NCBI GenBank assembly: GCA_018713285.1
Contig: DVFK01000107.1
Span: forward strand, 2,715 to 66,714
DNA: 64,000 nucleotides
DNA from: Candidatus Faecousia excrementigallinarum
GTDB taxonomy: Bacteria > Bacillota > Clostridia > Oscillospirales > Oscillospiraceae
Reading direction: 5' to 3'
Below are positions 10,880 to 20,531 of this stretch, in pieces; position 1 is the first letter of the stretch, and each line of letters begins with the position of its first letter. A model generated the notes under the pieces. That model ran no database searches, was not told the origin of the DNA, and saw nothing but the letters and a program-made list of their open reading frames with translations. The translations under genes were made by a program, and so were the position numbers.

Positions 10880-11910
10880 TGAACCATATCAAATCCATGA
10901 CATTGCCGGAAATGGGAGAAGTGCTGAAAGGATGGCGCCAGCCGGCCTTCCGGGCCAAGCAGGTGTTTACCTGGCTGCACAAGGGTGTGGGGAGCTATCA
11001 GGAGATGACCAATCTCCCCCAGAGCCTGCGGCAGCAGCTGGAAGAAACCTATCCCCTCTACTGCCCCCAGGTGGTGCGGAAGCAGCAGTCCCAGAAGGAC
11101 GGTACAATCAAATATCTGTGGCGTCTTTCCGACGGCAACTGCGTGGAAACGGTGCTTATGCGCTACCACTACGGCAACACGGTGTGCATCTCCACGGAAG
11201 TGGGGTGCGCCATGGGCTGCGCCTTCTGCGCCTCCACCTTAGGGGGTCTGGTGCGGCGGCTGGAGCCCCACGAAATGCTGGACCAGGTGCTCTTCACCCA
11301 AATTGATTCCGGTTTGCCGGTATCTCACATTGTGCTCATGGGCATCGGAGAGCCGCTGGACAATTTTGGCAATGTGCTGCGGTTCCTGGAACTGGTGAAC
11401 AGCCCGGATGGAATGAATATCTCCATGCGGCATATCAGCCTTTCCACCTGCGGCCTGGTGCCGAAGATTGATAAATTGGCAGAGCATAAGCTCCAGCTGA
11501 CCTTGTCGGTCTCTCTCCATGCACCTACCAACGAGATTCGCAACACCATCATGCCGGTGAACAAAGCCTACCCGGTGGAGGCGCTTCTGGCGGCTTGCCG
11601 CCGGTACTACGAGGCCACCGGACGGCGGATTTCCTTTGAATACGCCATGATTCAGGGGGTAAATGATACGGAAGCGGCGGCAAAGCAGCTGCTTTTGGAT
11701 TTGAACGGCCTGCCAGCCCATGTGAACCTAATCCCGCTGAACCATGTGGAAGAAAGTCCTTTGAAGCCCAGCACCCGGCAGGCGGTGCAGCGTTTCCAGC
11801 AGATTCTGGAGGATGGGGGCGTACCTGCTACGGTGCGCAGAACCCTGGGGGGCGACATTGACGCTTCCTGCGGCCAGCTCCGCAGAAAATATACGAAGCA
11901 AAACACCTGA
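10876..11910 (+). CDS. rlmN: 23S rRNA m2A2503 / tRNA methyltransferase RlmN (radical SAM)
   Basis: CxxxCxxC (CAMGCAFC), MGIGEP and DIDASCGQL motifs. Confidence 0.96.
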   Translation: MMNHIKSMTLPEMGEVLKGWRQPAFRAKQVFTWLHKGVGSYQEMTNLPQSLRQQLEETYPLYCPQVVRKQQSQKDGTIKYLWRLSDGNCVETVLMRYHYGNTVCISTEVGCAMGCAFCASTLGGLVRRLEPHEMLDQVLFTQIDSGLPVSHIVLMGIGEPLDNFGNVLRFLELVNSPDGMNISMRHISLSTCGLVPKIDKLAEHKLQLTLSVSLHAPTNEIRNTIMPVNKAYPVEALLAACRRYYEATGRRISFEYAMIQGVNDTEAAAKQLLLDLNGLPAHVNLIPLNHVEESPLKPSTRQAVQRFQQILEDGGVPATVRRTLGGDIDASCGQLRRKYTKQNT

Positions 11911-11942
11911 ACGAAAACATTTACACAAAGGAGGGAAGGGGT

Positions 11943-12674
11943 ATGCAGTATTGGGCGCTGACGGACCCGGGGTGTGTCCGGGCCCAGAACCAGGATGCTT
12001 ACCAAATTGAAAAGCTGGACAAAGATACCCTTTTGTGCGTTGTGTGCGATGGCATGGGCGGCGCAAAATCCGGCAATGTAGCCAGCAGTCTGGCGGTGGA
12101 GGTTTTTGTCCAGGAGGTAAAGCGGGCTTATCGGGAGGATATGGATTCGGATATGGCGGACCAGATGCTCCAAAGTGCCGTAAAACTTACAAACTTTACG
12201 GTTTATGACCAGGCCCGTCAGTTTGAGGAGTTTGACGGCATGGGCACCACCCTGGTGGCGGCCCTTATCCAGGGCAACATCGCCACCATTGTGAATGTGG
12301 GGGACAGCCGGGCCTACACCATCGGTGCCGGCGGAATCCGCCAGCTGACGGTGGACCACTCTGTGGTGCAGATGATGGTGGACCGGGGAGAGTTGACCCC
12401 GGAGCGGGCAAAAAATTACCCGGGCCGAAACCTCATTACCCGTGCTATCGGCACGGAGTCCGTGGTAAACTGTGATGTGTTCCACAAGAAGCTGAACAAA
12501 GGGGACTGGCTGCTGCTCTGCACCGACGGCCTGAGCAATCTGCTGGATGACCAGGAGATTCTCTTTGAAGTGGTCCATGGGCAGGATAAGCAGAAATGCT
12601 GCCAACGCCTGCTGGATATTGCCAAGGGCCGGGGTGCACCGGACAATGTGACCACCGTACTGGTGCTGGCCTGA
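11943..12674 (+). CDS. PP2C/Stp1-family Ser/Thr phosphatase
   Basis: NQD, VCDGMGG, GMGTT, NVGDSR, LCTDGL and DNVT motifs; upstream of PASTA kinase. Confidence 0.95.
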   Translation: MQYWALTDPGCVRAQNQDAYQIEKLDKDTLLCVVCDGMGGAKSGNVASSLAVEVFVQEVKRAYREDMDSDMADQMLQSAVKLTNFTVYDQARQFEEFDGMGTTLVAALIQGNIATIVNVGDSRAYTIGAGGIRQLTVDHSVVQMMVDRGELTPERAKNYPGRNLITRAIGTESVVNCDVFHKKLNKGDWLLLCTDGLSNLLDDQEILFEVVHGQDKQKCCQRLLDIAKGRGAPDNVTTVLVLA

Positions 12675-12690
12675 AAGGAGTCGTGAGATT

Positions 12691-14754
12691 ATGGATAAGT
12701 ACATAGGACGGCTGCTGGACAACCGGTACGAGATCCTGGAAGTGATTGGTACCGGCGGCATGGCTGTTGTTTATAAAGCCCGCTGTCACCGCCTGAATCG
12801 ACTGGTGGCAATCAAGATTCTGAAAGACGATTTTCTGGAGGATGAGGACTTCCGCCGGCGTTTCCATTCCGAGAGCCAGGCCGTTGCCATGCTCAGCCAC
12901 CCCAATATCGTGGCGGTGTACGATGTGTCCACCTCCCCGGAGGCGGATTACATCGTCATGGAGCTGATTGAGGGCATCAGCTTGAAGCAGTACATGGAGA
13001 TGAAGGGCGTTCTCAACTGGAAGGAAACCCTCCACTTTGCCATCCAGATTGCCAAGGCTCTGGAGCACGCTCACAGCCGGGGCATTGTCCACCGGGACAT
13101 CAAGCCCCACAATGTGATGGTGCTAAAAAACGGCTCCGTGAAGGTGACGGACTTCGGCATCGCCCGGATGATGTCCAAGGGCAACACCCTGACCAAGGAG
13201 GCCCTGGGCTCGGTGCACTACATCTCCCCGGAGCAGGCCAAGGGCGGCCGGGTGGACAGCCGCTCGGATATTTACTCTTTGGGCGTTGTGATGTATGAGA
13301 TGATTACGGGACGGCCTCCCTACGACGGGGAATCCCCGGTATCCGTGGCCATTCAGCACATCAACGGCGGTGCCCCCATGCCCTCCACCCTGAACCCCAA
13401 CATCCCCGGGGGACTGGAGCAGATTATCATGAAGGCCATGGCCCATGACCCGGCGGAGCGGTATCCTTCCGCCACGGCTATGCTGGCGGATATGGATGAG
13501 TTCCGGAAGGAACCCACCATGCTCTTTGATTACCATACTCCGCCCCTGGATGCGGTGACCAAGCTGACCCAGAAGCCTCTGGAGCTGACCCCCAACCGTA
13601 CCGCCCCCAAAACCACGGCGGAGCGGGTAGCCGGCCCCAGCGGCAGCGCTGCAAACCGCAGCGCCACCGGCCGGAATCAGCCGGTGCGGAAAACCCAGGA
13701 GCAGCTGGACCGGGAGCGGCGGGAACGGCGGCGGCTCCAGCAGGAGGAAGCTGCCAGGAAAAACAAGAGTGCAACCATCGCCATTATTGTGTGTTCTGTG
13801 GTTGCCCTCATTGCCATCGGCGTGTTTGTGGTGATTCTCTTCTCGGAATTCGGTTCCGGAACCTCAACGCCGGAGTTGGAACCTGTCCCCAATCTGGTGG
13901 GCCAGAAATACGAGGATATTGGCAAGCTCTACCCGGATTGGGATATACGGCTGCAAACGGAGGTCTATGACGACACCTACGAAGCCGGCATCATCCTTGA
14001 CCAAGAGCCGGGGAACGGAACCCAGGTGGAGAAAGGAACCCCTGTTTTTGTGACGGTCAGTCTGGGGAAGGAAACAGAGCCTACTTACATGGAAAACCTG
14101 GTGAACATATCTGTGGACCGGGCCAAGGAGATTCTAAATGAGTCCGGCCTTGCCCTGGATGTGCAGGTGCAGGAGGAAAACAGCGATCTGATCGTGGAAA
14201 AGAACGTCATCCGCACCGAGCCGGAGGCAGGAGAACCCCTGACCATGGGACAGACGGTGATTCTGTATGTGAGCAAGGGCCGGGAGATTAAAGAAGTCGA
14301 TATGCCCAATCTGGTGGGCTATACTGTAGATACGGCTATGAGCGTTTTGGATCGGTACGGATTCCCGGCGCCGGAGATTGAGATGGTTTACAGCAGTGCC
14401 TCAAAAGATGAGGTTGTGGAACAGTCTGTGGAGCGGGGAGAGAAGGTAAAACTGAATACCGTCATTGTCCTGAAGGTGTCCAGGGGACCGGAGCCCACGG
14501 AACCCACCCAACCCACCGAAACGGAGCCTACAGAGCCTATACCTGTGAAAAAGGACGTGACCTTCACACTTCCGGAGCTGACGGAGGATACCCAGGTGGA
14601 TATCTGCCAGGGCGGAGAAATTGTCCATTCCAGAACCGTATCCGCCGGAACCAAGAGCATTGTGGTGAATCTGGTGGGTACCGGCACCCAGTATTATGAT
14701 GTTGTGATTGACGGAGTGGTTTACAGCTCCGTAGAGGTGGTATTCAGCGAATGA
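12691..14754 (+). CDS. pknB: PASTA-domain Ser/Thr kinase (PknB/PrkC/Stk1)
   Basis: GTGGMA, VAIK, HRDIKPHN, DFG and SPEQ motifs; TM helix; three PASTA repeats. Confidence 0.95.
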   Translation: MDKYIGRLLDNRYEILEVIGTGGMAVVYKARCHRLNRLVAIKILKDDFLEDEDFRRRFHSESQAVAMLSHPNIVAVYDVSTSPEADYIVMELIEGISLKQYMEMKGVLNWKETLHFAIQIAKALEHAHSRGIVHRDIKPHNVMVLKNGSVKVTDFGIARMMSKGNTLTKEALGSVHYISPEQAKGGRVDSRSDIYSLGVVMYEMITGRPPYDGESPVSVAIQHINGGAPMPSTLNPNIPGGLEQIIMKAMAHDPAERYPSATAMLADMDEFRKEPTMLFDYHTPPLDAVTKLTQKPLELTPNRTAPKTTAERVAGPSGSAANRSATGRNQPVRKTQEQLDRERRERRRLQQEEAARKNKSATIAIIVCSVVALIAIGVFVVILFSEFGSGTSTPELEPVPNLVGQKYEDIGKLYPDWDIRLQTEVYDDTYEAGIILDQEPGNGTQVEKGTPVFVTVSLGKETEPTYMENLVNISVDRAKEILNESGLALDVQVQEENSDLIVEKNVIRTEPEAGEPLTMGQTVILYVSKGREIKEVDMPNLVGYTVDTAMSVLDRYGFPAPEIEMVYSSASKDEVVEQSVERGEKVKLNTVIVLKVSRGPEPTEPTQPTETEPTEPIPVKKDVTFTLPELTEDTQVDICQGGEIVHSRTVSAGTKSIVVNLVGTGTQYYDVVIDGVVYSSVEVVFSE

Positions 14755-15638
14755 GTGAACGAAGAACCGGGCGTATTGTCCGCTCCCTCAGCGGTTTTTA
14801 TGATGTGCAGACCCCGACAGGTGTGGTCACCTGCCGGGGCCGGGGGAGTCTGCGCCGGGGGAGGGAGTGCCCTCTGACCGGGGACATGGTGGAAATCACC
14901 GTAGAAGGCGGCAAAGGCATGGTGGAGCGGATTCTCCCCCGGAAAAACAGCTTCATCCGTCCGGCGGTTGCCAATGTGGACGCCCTGGTGGTGTTTGCTG
15001 CCAATGTAAATCCCGTGACGGAGCCCTTCCTCATTGACCGGGTGGCAGCCATTGCCGGTGACCAGGGGGTGGAGGTCTATATTTGCATCAATAAATGCGA
15101 CCTGGACCCGGCGGTGGATTTGGAGCGTATCTACACCCGGGCAGGCTTTCCGGTAATCCGGGCCAGCGCCCAGACCGGGGAGGGAGTGGCCCAGCTGCGG
15201 AGCCTCCTTTCCGGCAAGCTCACCGCCTTTACCGGCAATACGGGCGTGGGAAAGAGCAGTATGCTCAACGCCCTGTGCCCGGGGCTGGAATTGGCCACCG
15301 GCCAGGTATCCCAGAAGCTGGGCAGAGGCCGGCATACCACCCGCCATGTGGAGCTTTTTGCCCTGGATGAAAACACCTATGTGGCGGATACCCCGGGCTT
15401 TGCCTCCTTCGATACGGAGCAGATGGAGATTATTCTCAAGGAGAACCTCCAGTATGCCTTCCGGGACTTTGCTCCCTACCTGGGGGATTGTCAGTTCCAC
15501 GACTGCTCCCACAGAGCGGAGCCGGGATGTGCTGTCCGCCAGGCGGTGGAGGCAGGGGAGATTGAAGCCTCCCGCTATAAAAGCTATTTGCAGCTGTATG
15601 ACCAGTACAGCCGCATCAAAGAATGGGAAAGGAAGTGA
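14751..15638 (+). CDS. rsgA: ribosome small subunit-dependent GTPase A
   Basis: NKCDL, GNTGVGKSS, GRHTT, DTPGF and C-x4-C-x-H-x5-C zinc motif. Confidence 0.96.
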   Translation: MSERRTGRIVRSLSGFYDVQTPTGVVTCRGRGSLRRGRECPLTGDMVEITVEGGKGMVERILPRKNSFIRPAVANVDALVVFAANVNPVTEPFLIDRVAAIAGDQGVEVYICINKCDLDPAVDLERIYTRAGFPVIRASAQTGEGVAQLRSLLSGKLTAFTGNTGVGKSSMLNALCPGLELATGQVSQKLGRGRHTTRHVELFALDENTYVADTPGFASFDTEQMEIILKENLQYAFRDFAPYLGDCQFHDCSHRAEPGCAVRQAVEAGEIEASRYKSYLQLYDQYSRIKEWERK

Positions 15639-15643
15639 GACCG

Positions 15644-16213
15644 ATGGCAAATAAGAAAACAATCTGGATTACCCGTACCGGTGTCCTTTTGGCATTGCTT
15701 CTGGCGCTGCAATGGGTGACCCTGGGAACAAAGGCTTTTGCCGGGCAGTACATCACCGGTTCTTTGGTGAACTGTGTGCTGGCGGTGTCCGCTTTGACGG
15801 CATGCTTAAGCAGCGGCCTGGTAATTGCCCTCCTGTCCCCCATTTTTGCCTATCTTCTGGGCATTGCCCCCCAGCTGGTGGTGGTTCCCGCCATTATGGC
15901 AGGCAACTGTGCCCTGGTTCTGGTGCTTTGGGCTGTGGGTCGGGGAAATGCCCCCCTGTGGCGGAAAGCCGTGGCGGTGGTGCTGGCGGCTGTGTGTAAG
16001 TTTGTGGTGCTGTACCTGCTGGTGGTGGAGGTTATCTGCGGCGTGGGTGCCGGCTTCCTGCTGGGGAAGCAGGTTTTCGGTGCTCCGGTGCTGCTCCAGC
16101 CTATGATTCAGGCCCTGCCCCTGACCTTCTCCTGGCCCCAGCTGATTACTGCCCTCATTGGCGGTACTCTGGGAGTGCTGGTGAACAGAATCCTTGGTAA
16201 GGCCAAGGCTTAA
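15644..16213 (+). CDS. ECF transporter S component (substrate unknown)
   Basis: ~190 aa with 5-6 hydrophobic helices; ITGSLVN and WPQLITALIGG motifs typical of clostridial S components. Confidence 0.7.
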   Translation: MANKKTIWITRTGVLLALLLALQWVTLGTKAFAGQYITGSLVNCVLAVSALTACLSSGLVIALLSPIFAYLLGIAPQLVVVPAIMAGNCALVLVLWAVGRGNAPLWRKAVAVVLAAVCKFVVLYLLVVEVICGVGAGFLLGKQVFGAPVLLQPMIQALPLTFSWPQLITALIGGTLGVLVNRILGKAKA

Positions 16214-16224
16214 GGAGAAGTGCC

Positions 16225-16752
16225 GTGTTTGTAGAGAAAACCGATTCCGGAGCCTTTGACCAGATTTACGCACTGATGGAAAAGAGCTTTCCTCTGGAGG
16301 AGTACAGACCTTACCCGGAGCAAAAGGCATTGCTGAGCCGTCCGGCCTACGGACTTTATGCCGCCAGGGACGACCGGGAGGGAAACCTTTTGGGCTTTGC
16401 CGCCGTGTGGGAATGGGAGGATTTTGCCTTCGTTGAGCACATTGCCGTGAATCCCGACTACCGCAATGGGGGTCTGGGAGGAAAACTTCTTGACCAGGTG
16501 GTGGCCCTTCTGGGAAAGCCGGTGTGCCTGGAGGTGGAGCCTCCGGATGGAGGCATGGCCTCCCGCCGGATTGGCTTCTATCAGCGCCATGGCTTTTTCC
16601 TGAACCCCTATCCCTACACCCAGCCCGCCATATCAGAGGGCAAAAGCCCCATCCCCCTGCTGATTATGACTTACGGGCAGGAGATTCAGGAGACAGAATT
16701 TGTCACCATCCGCAATCGCCTGTATCGGCAGGTTTATCAGACGGAAGCATAA
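16225..16752 (+). CDS. GNAT family N-acetyltransferase
   Basis: VEHIAVNPDYRNGGLG (motif A), LEVE and RRIGFYQRHGF. Confidence 0.88.
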   Translation: MFVEKTDSGAFDQIYALMEKSFPLEEYRPYPEQKALLSRPAYGLYAARDDREGNLLGFAAVWEWEDFAFVEHIAVNPDYRNGGLGGKLLDQVVALLGKPVCLEVEPPDGGMASRRIGFYQRHGFFLNPYPYTQPAISEGKSPIPLLIMTYGQEIQETEFVTIRNRLYRQVYQTEA

Positions 16753-16798
16753 CAAAACCGGAGGAAGTACGAATTTCGTACTTCCTCCGGTTTTTGTT
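16752..16798. terminator. bidirectional intrinsic terminator
   Basis: aaaaccggaggaagtacga/tcgtacttcctccggtttt perfect stem between convergent GNAT and nrdD genes. Confidence 0.85.
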
Positions 16799-16806
16799 TG
16801 GATTGC

Positions 16807-18981
16807 TTACAGGTGCAGGACCCGGTCCTTGATCTCTTGGGTGCGGCCCTGGTTCCAGAACTGGGTGCCGATATAGCCGCAGGTACGCCGGGCCACATTC
16901 ATCTTGTTCTGGTCGGTGTTGCCGCACTGGGGGCAGACCCACACCAGCTTGCCGTCGTCCTCCTGAATCTGGATTTCGCCGTCATAGCCGCAGACCTGGC
17001 AGTAGTCGCTCTTGGTGTTCAGCTCTGCATACATGATGTTGTCGTAGATGAACTTCATGAGCTGCAGTACCGCATCGATGTTCTGCTGCATATTGGGCAC
17101 TTCCACATAGCTGATGGCACCGCCGGGGCTGAGCTGCTGGAACTCCGCCTCGAAGGACAGCTTGGTGAAAGCGTCAATCTCCTCGGACACATGGACATGA
17201 TAGGAATTGGTGATGTAATTCTTATCGGTGATGCCGGGAATCATGCCGAAGCGGTTTTGCAGACACTTGGCAAACTTGTAGGTGGTGGACTCCAGGGGAG
17301 TGCCGTAGAGGGAGAAGTCGATGTTGTGTTCAGCCTTCCAGCCCTTGCAGGCATCGTTCATGTGCTGCATGACCTTCAGGGCAAAGGGCTTGGCCTCCGG
17401 GTCGGTGTGAGAGCGGCCGGTCATGTACTTGACGCACTCATAAAGACCGGCGTAGCCCAGGCTGATGGTGGAGTAACCGCCGTAGAGCAGCTTGTCAATG
17501 GACTCGCCCTTCTTGAGCCGGGCCAGAGCGCCGTACTGCCACAAAATGGGGGCAGCGTCAGAGAGGGTACCCTTCAGGCGGTTGTGGCGGCACATAAGAG
17601 CCTGATGGCACAGCTCCAGCCGCTCGTCAAAAATCTCCCAGAACTTCTTCTCGTCCTTGCCGGAGGACAGGGCCACATCCACCAGATTGATGGTGACCAC
17701 ACCCTGATTGAACCGGCCGTAATACTTGGGCTTGCCGTTTTCATCCACATAGGGGGTCAGGAAGGAGCGGCAGCCCATGCAGGTGTAGCAGTGGCCTTCG
17801 CCGTTCTTGTCAACCTTCAGCTCCAGCATCTTCTTCTCGCTGATGTAGTCCGGCACCATCCGCTTGGCGGTGCACTGGGCAGCCAGCCGGGTCAGATACC
17901 AGTAGGGGGAGTCCTCGGTGATGTTGTCCTCCTCCAGCACATAGATGAGCTTGGGGAAGGCGGGGGTGATCCACACGCCCTTTTCATTCTTCACGCCCTC
18001 GTACCGCTGGCGGAGCATCTCCTCAATGATGAGAGCCAAATCCTGCTTCTCCTGGGGATTCCGGGCTTCGTTGAGATACATGAACACGGTGATGAAAGGG
18101 GCCTGACCGTTGGTGGTCATGAGGGTAACCACCTGGTACTGGATGGTCTGTACGCCCCGGCTTACCTCGTCCCGGAGCCGATCCTCTACCAGCTTGGCGA
18201 TGGTAGCTTCCTCCGGCTGAACACCCAGGGTTTCCAGCTCCTTTTCCACTACCTTGCGGATTTTCTCCCGGCTGACCTGGACAAAGGGAGCCAGGTGGGT
18301 AAGGCTAATGGACTGACCGCCGTACTGGTTGGAAGCCACCTGGGCGATAATCTGGGTGGCGATGTTGCAGGCGGTGGAGAAGGAATGGGGCTTTTCAATG
18401 AGGGTACCGGAGATGACGGTGCCGTTTTGCAGCATATCCTCCAGGTTTACCAGATCGCAGTTGTGCATATGCTGGGCATAGTAGTCTGCATCATGGAAGT
18501 GGATGATACCGGCCTTGTGAGCGTCCACAATCTCCCGGGGCAGGAGAATCCGGCTGGTAATGTCCTTGGAAACCTCACCGGCCATGTAGTCCCGCTGGAC
18601 GGCATTGATGGTGGGGTTCTTGTTGGCGTTTTCCTGCTTCACTTCCTCGTTGTTGCACTCAATGAGGCTGAGAATCCGGTCGTCGGTGGTGTTGGCCTGA
18701 CGGAGTAAGCTTCTGGTGTAGCGGTAGGTGATGTACTCCTTGGCTACCTCATAGGCACCGTGGGACATAATCTCCTTTTCCACCAGATCCTGGATTTCCT
18801 CCACGGCGGGGCTTCTGCCCATCTCGTCGCAGCAAATCTGTACCCGGCTGGCAATCCGCTGAATCTGCAAAGGGGTCATGCGGACGCTCTCCTCTGCGGC
18901 GGCATTGGCCTTGGTGATAGCGGTGATGATTTTCTGAATGTCGAAAACCGCCTCCGCACCGTTTCGCTTGATAATCTTCAT
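16807..18981 (-). CDS. nrdD: anaerobic (class III) ribonucleoside-triphosphate reductase
   Basis: N-terminal ATP cone (MKIIKRNG), MGCRSFL, zinc CxxC..CxxC and glycyl radical motif RRTCGYIG. Confidence 0.97.
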   Translation of the reverse strand: MKIIKRNGAEAVFDIQKIITAITKANAAAEESVRMTPLQIQRIASRVQICCDEMGRSPAVEEIQDLVEKEIMSHGAYEVAKEYITYRYTRSLLRQANTTDDRILSLIECNNEEVKQENANKNPTINAVQRDYMAGEVSKDITSRILLPREIVDAHKAGIIHFHDADYYAQHMHNCDLVNLEDMLQNGTVISGTLIEKPHSFSTACNIATQIIAQVASNQYGGQSISLTHLAPFVQVSREKIRKVVEKELETLGVQPEEATIAKLVEDRLRDEVSRGVQTIQYQVVTLMTTNGQAPFITVFMYLNEARNPQEKQDLALIIEEMLRQRYEGVKNEKGVWITPAFPKLIYVLEEDNITEDSPYWYLTRLAAQCTAKRMVPDYISEKKMLELKVDKNGEGHCYTCMGCRSFLTPYVDENGKPKYYGRFNQGVVTINLVDVALSSGKDEKKFWEIFDERLELCHQALMCRHNRLKGTLSDAAPILWQYGALARLKKGESIDKLLYGGYSTISLGYAGLYECVKYMTGRSHTDPEAKPFALKVMQHMNDACKGWKAEHNIDFSLYGTPLESTTYKFAKCLQNRFGMIPGITDKNYITNSYHVHVSEEIDAFTKLSFEAEFQQLSPGGAISYVEVPNMQQNIDAVLQLMKFIYDNIMYAELNTKSDYCQVCGYDGEIQIQEDDGKLVWVCPQCGNTDQNKMNVARRTCGYIGTQFWNQGRTQEIKDRVLHL

Positions 18982-19012
18982 AGGGGCTCCTCCTGTGTCT
19001 TTCTAAGGGAAC

Positions 19013-19059
19013 ACACAATATATTGTGGTTGAATTTCAGAATACACCTATATTTAGATG
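19013..19059. promoter_or_regulatory. tandem NrdR boxes upstream of nrdD
   Basis: acacaatatattgtgg (19013-19028) and cacctatatttagatg (19044-19059), 31 bp apart, matching acaCwAtATaTwGtg. Confidence 0.8.
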
Positions 19060-19426
19060 CGCAAGTCATATTATACATATTCCTGGGCTTTTTTCAAGAG
19101 GCAAAAGGGAACTTCCAAAATTCCCCATTGTGCAATTTTACCCCGGAAATTCCGGCAAAGACTATGGGGGAAAATGCTGCGGAAACATGGAATCCCCCGG
19201 GGATTGGCCGGTTTCTCCGGGAAATCTCCCTTTTGCCCAAAGGATTATGGAAACACCCAAAGGGGGAAGCACCCTTATGGGGAAGAAAGGGCACCAAGAG
19301 ATTGTAGACTCTGCTGAATTTTTCAAAGAGGTCTTGACAAACTTCGCACAGACGGGGCTTTGCGGCATAAACTGTCCTGTAAGCGAAATGCTTCGTCCAA
19401 ATCCAAACGGGGAGGTAACGAAAATC

Positions 19427-20281
19427 ATGGCGGATAACTGTAATGCAGTGTCCCAATGCGGACAGGACAGTTCCACGCTGTCCATCCATACACGAAAAAT
19501 CACCGACAGCTGCCGGGATAAGGATTGTATTGAAGGGCTGCGGGTCTACCTGACCAAGGGCTCTCAGGCAATTCTGGATACGGCGGCCTGCACCAAGGTG
19601 CGGTGCGCCGAGCTGATTTATACCTATATTGATGTGGAGCCGGTGGCCTTCGACCGGAATCACTACTGTGTCAACGTAACCTATTACTACCGGGTGCTGG
19701 CAGACGCCACCGTGGGAGGCTGCCGTCCCACCACCTTGTACGGCCTGGCGGTATTTTCCAAGCAGGCGGTGCTGTGCGGCGAGGAAAGCACCGCCCACAT
19801 CTTCACCAGCGATACGGTGCTGGATGGGCAGGATGGGTGCAGCGTATACAGCACCAATCTGCCCACGGCAGTGGTAGAGGTGCTGGACCCCATGGTGCTG
19901 TGCTCTCAGGTAAAGGATGTGCGGGAGTGCGGCTGCCACCACGACACCTGCCAGGAGCAGATTCCCCAGTGTGTCTGCAAGCTCTTTGATGAGCAGCTGG
20001 TGCTGGATGGGGAGAGCCGCCGGCTGTACGTCGCCCTGGGCCAGTTCTCGGTGATCCGGCTGGAGCGGGATGTGCAGCTGGTGGTGCCGGTGGTATCTTA
20101 CAGTATGCCCACCAAGGTCTGCTGCGAGAATCCCGGCTGCGCCGAGGACCCCTGCGAGATGTTCTCCCGGATTCCCTTCCCCACGGAGCGGTTCAATCCT
20201 ACAACCTGCGACCGGAAGGACGGGGACTGCGGCTGCTCCTGCGGCTACACCACCACCAAAAACTGCGGCTGCGGCCAGTAA
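19427..20281 (+). CDS. cysteine-rich hypothetical protein, possibly spore coat/exosporium
   Basis: ATG after GGAGGT RBS; 284 aa with 26 Cys; IHTRKITDSC motif. Confidence 0.7.
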   Translation: MADNCNAVSQCGQDSSTLSIHTRKITDSCRDKDCIEGLRVYLTKGSQAILDTAACTKVRCAELIYTYIDVEPVAFDRNHYCVNVTYYYRVLADATVGGCRPTTLYGLAVFSKQAVLCGEESTAHIFTSDTVLDGQDGCSVYSTNLPTAVVEVLDPMVLCSQVKDVRECGCHHDTCQEQIPQCVCKLFDEQLVLDGESRRLYVALGQFSVIRLERDVQLVVPVVSYSMPTKVCCENPGCAEDPCEMFSRIPFPTERFNPTTCDRKDGDCGCSCGYTTTKNCGCGQ

Positions 20282-20286
20282 CAAAG

Positions 20287-20316
20287 AAGGGCTGCCCATC
20301 GGGCAGCCCATTTTTG
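20287..20316. terminator. bidirectional terminator
   Basis: gggctgccc-atc-gggcagccc stem with flanking A/T runs between convergent genes. Confidence 0.75.
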
Positions 20317-20317
20317 C

Positions 20318-20521
20318 TTACTTGTGACCAACTTTCTTCTTGGTACCGTCGGGATAGACAATGTAGGTATTTTCCAGCTGTCCCGTCAGGTTGGCCTTTA
20401 CGGAGTCAATGTAAATCCGGCGGAGTTTGTCCCGCTCCTGAAGCTCCTCCGGAGTCAGGGGGCCCTGCTTGGCTTTGTGGGCCAGCTCGTTGATTCTTGC
20501 GATTACTTCATCCATTTTCAT
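20318..20521 (-). CDS. DUF896 / UPF0291 (YnzC-like) protein
   Basis: IARINELAHKAK..LTPEELQERDKLRRIYI; GAGGTGA RBS. Confidence 0.88.
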   Translation of the reverse strand: MKMDEVIARINELAHKAKQGPLTPEELQERDKLRRIYIDSVKANLTGQLENTYIVYPDGTKKKVGHK

Positions 20522-20531
20522 AGGAATCACC

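Noticed and set aside
16798-18708. 636-aa plus-strand ORF
   Set aside because: Antisense shadow of nrdD.
19025-19426. N-terminal 134-aa extension of the Cys-rich ORF
   Set aside because: It overlaps the nrdD promoter and NrdR boxes; a good RBS supports the ATG at 19427.
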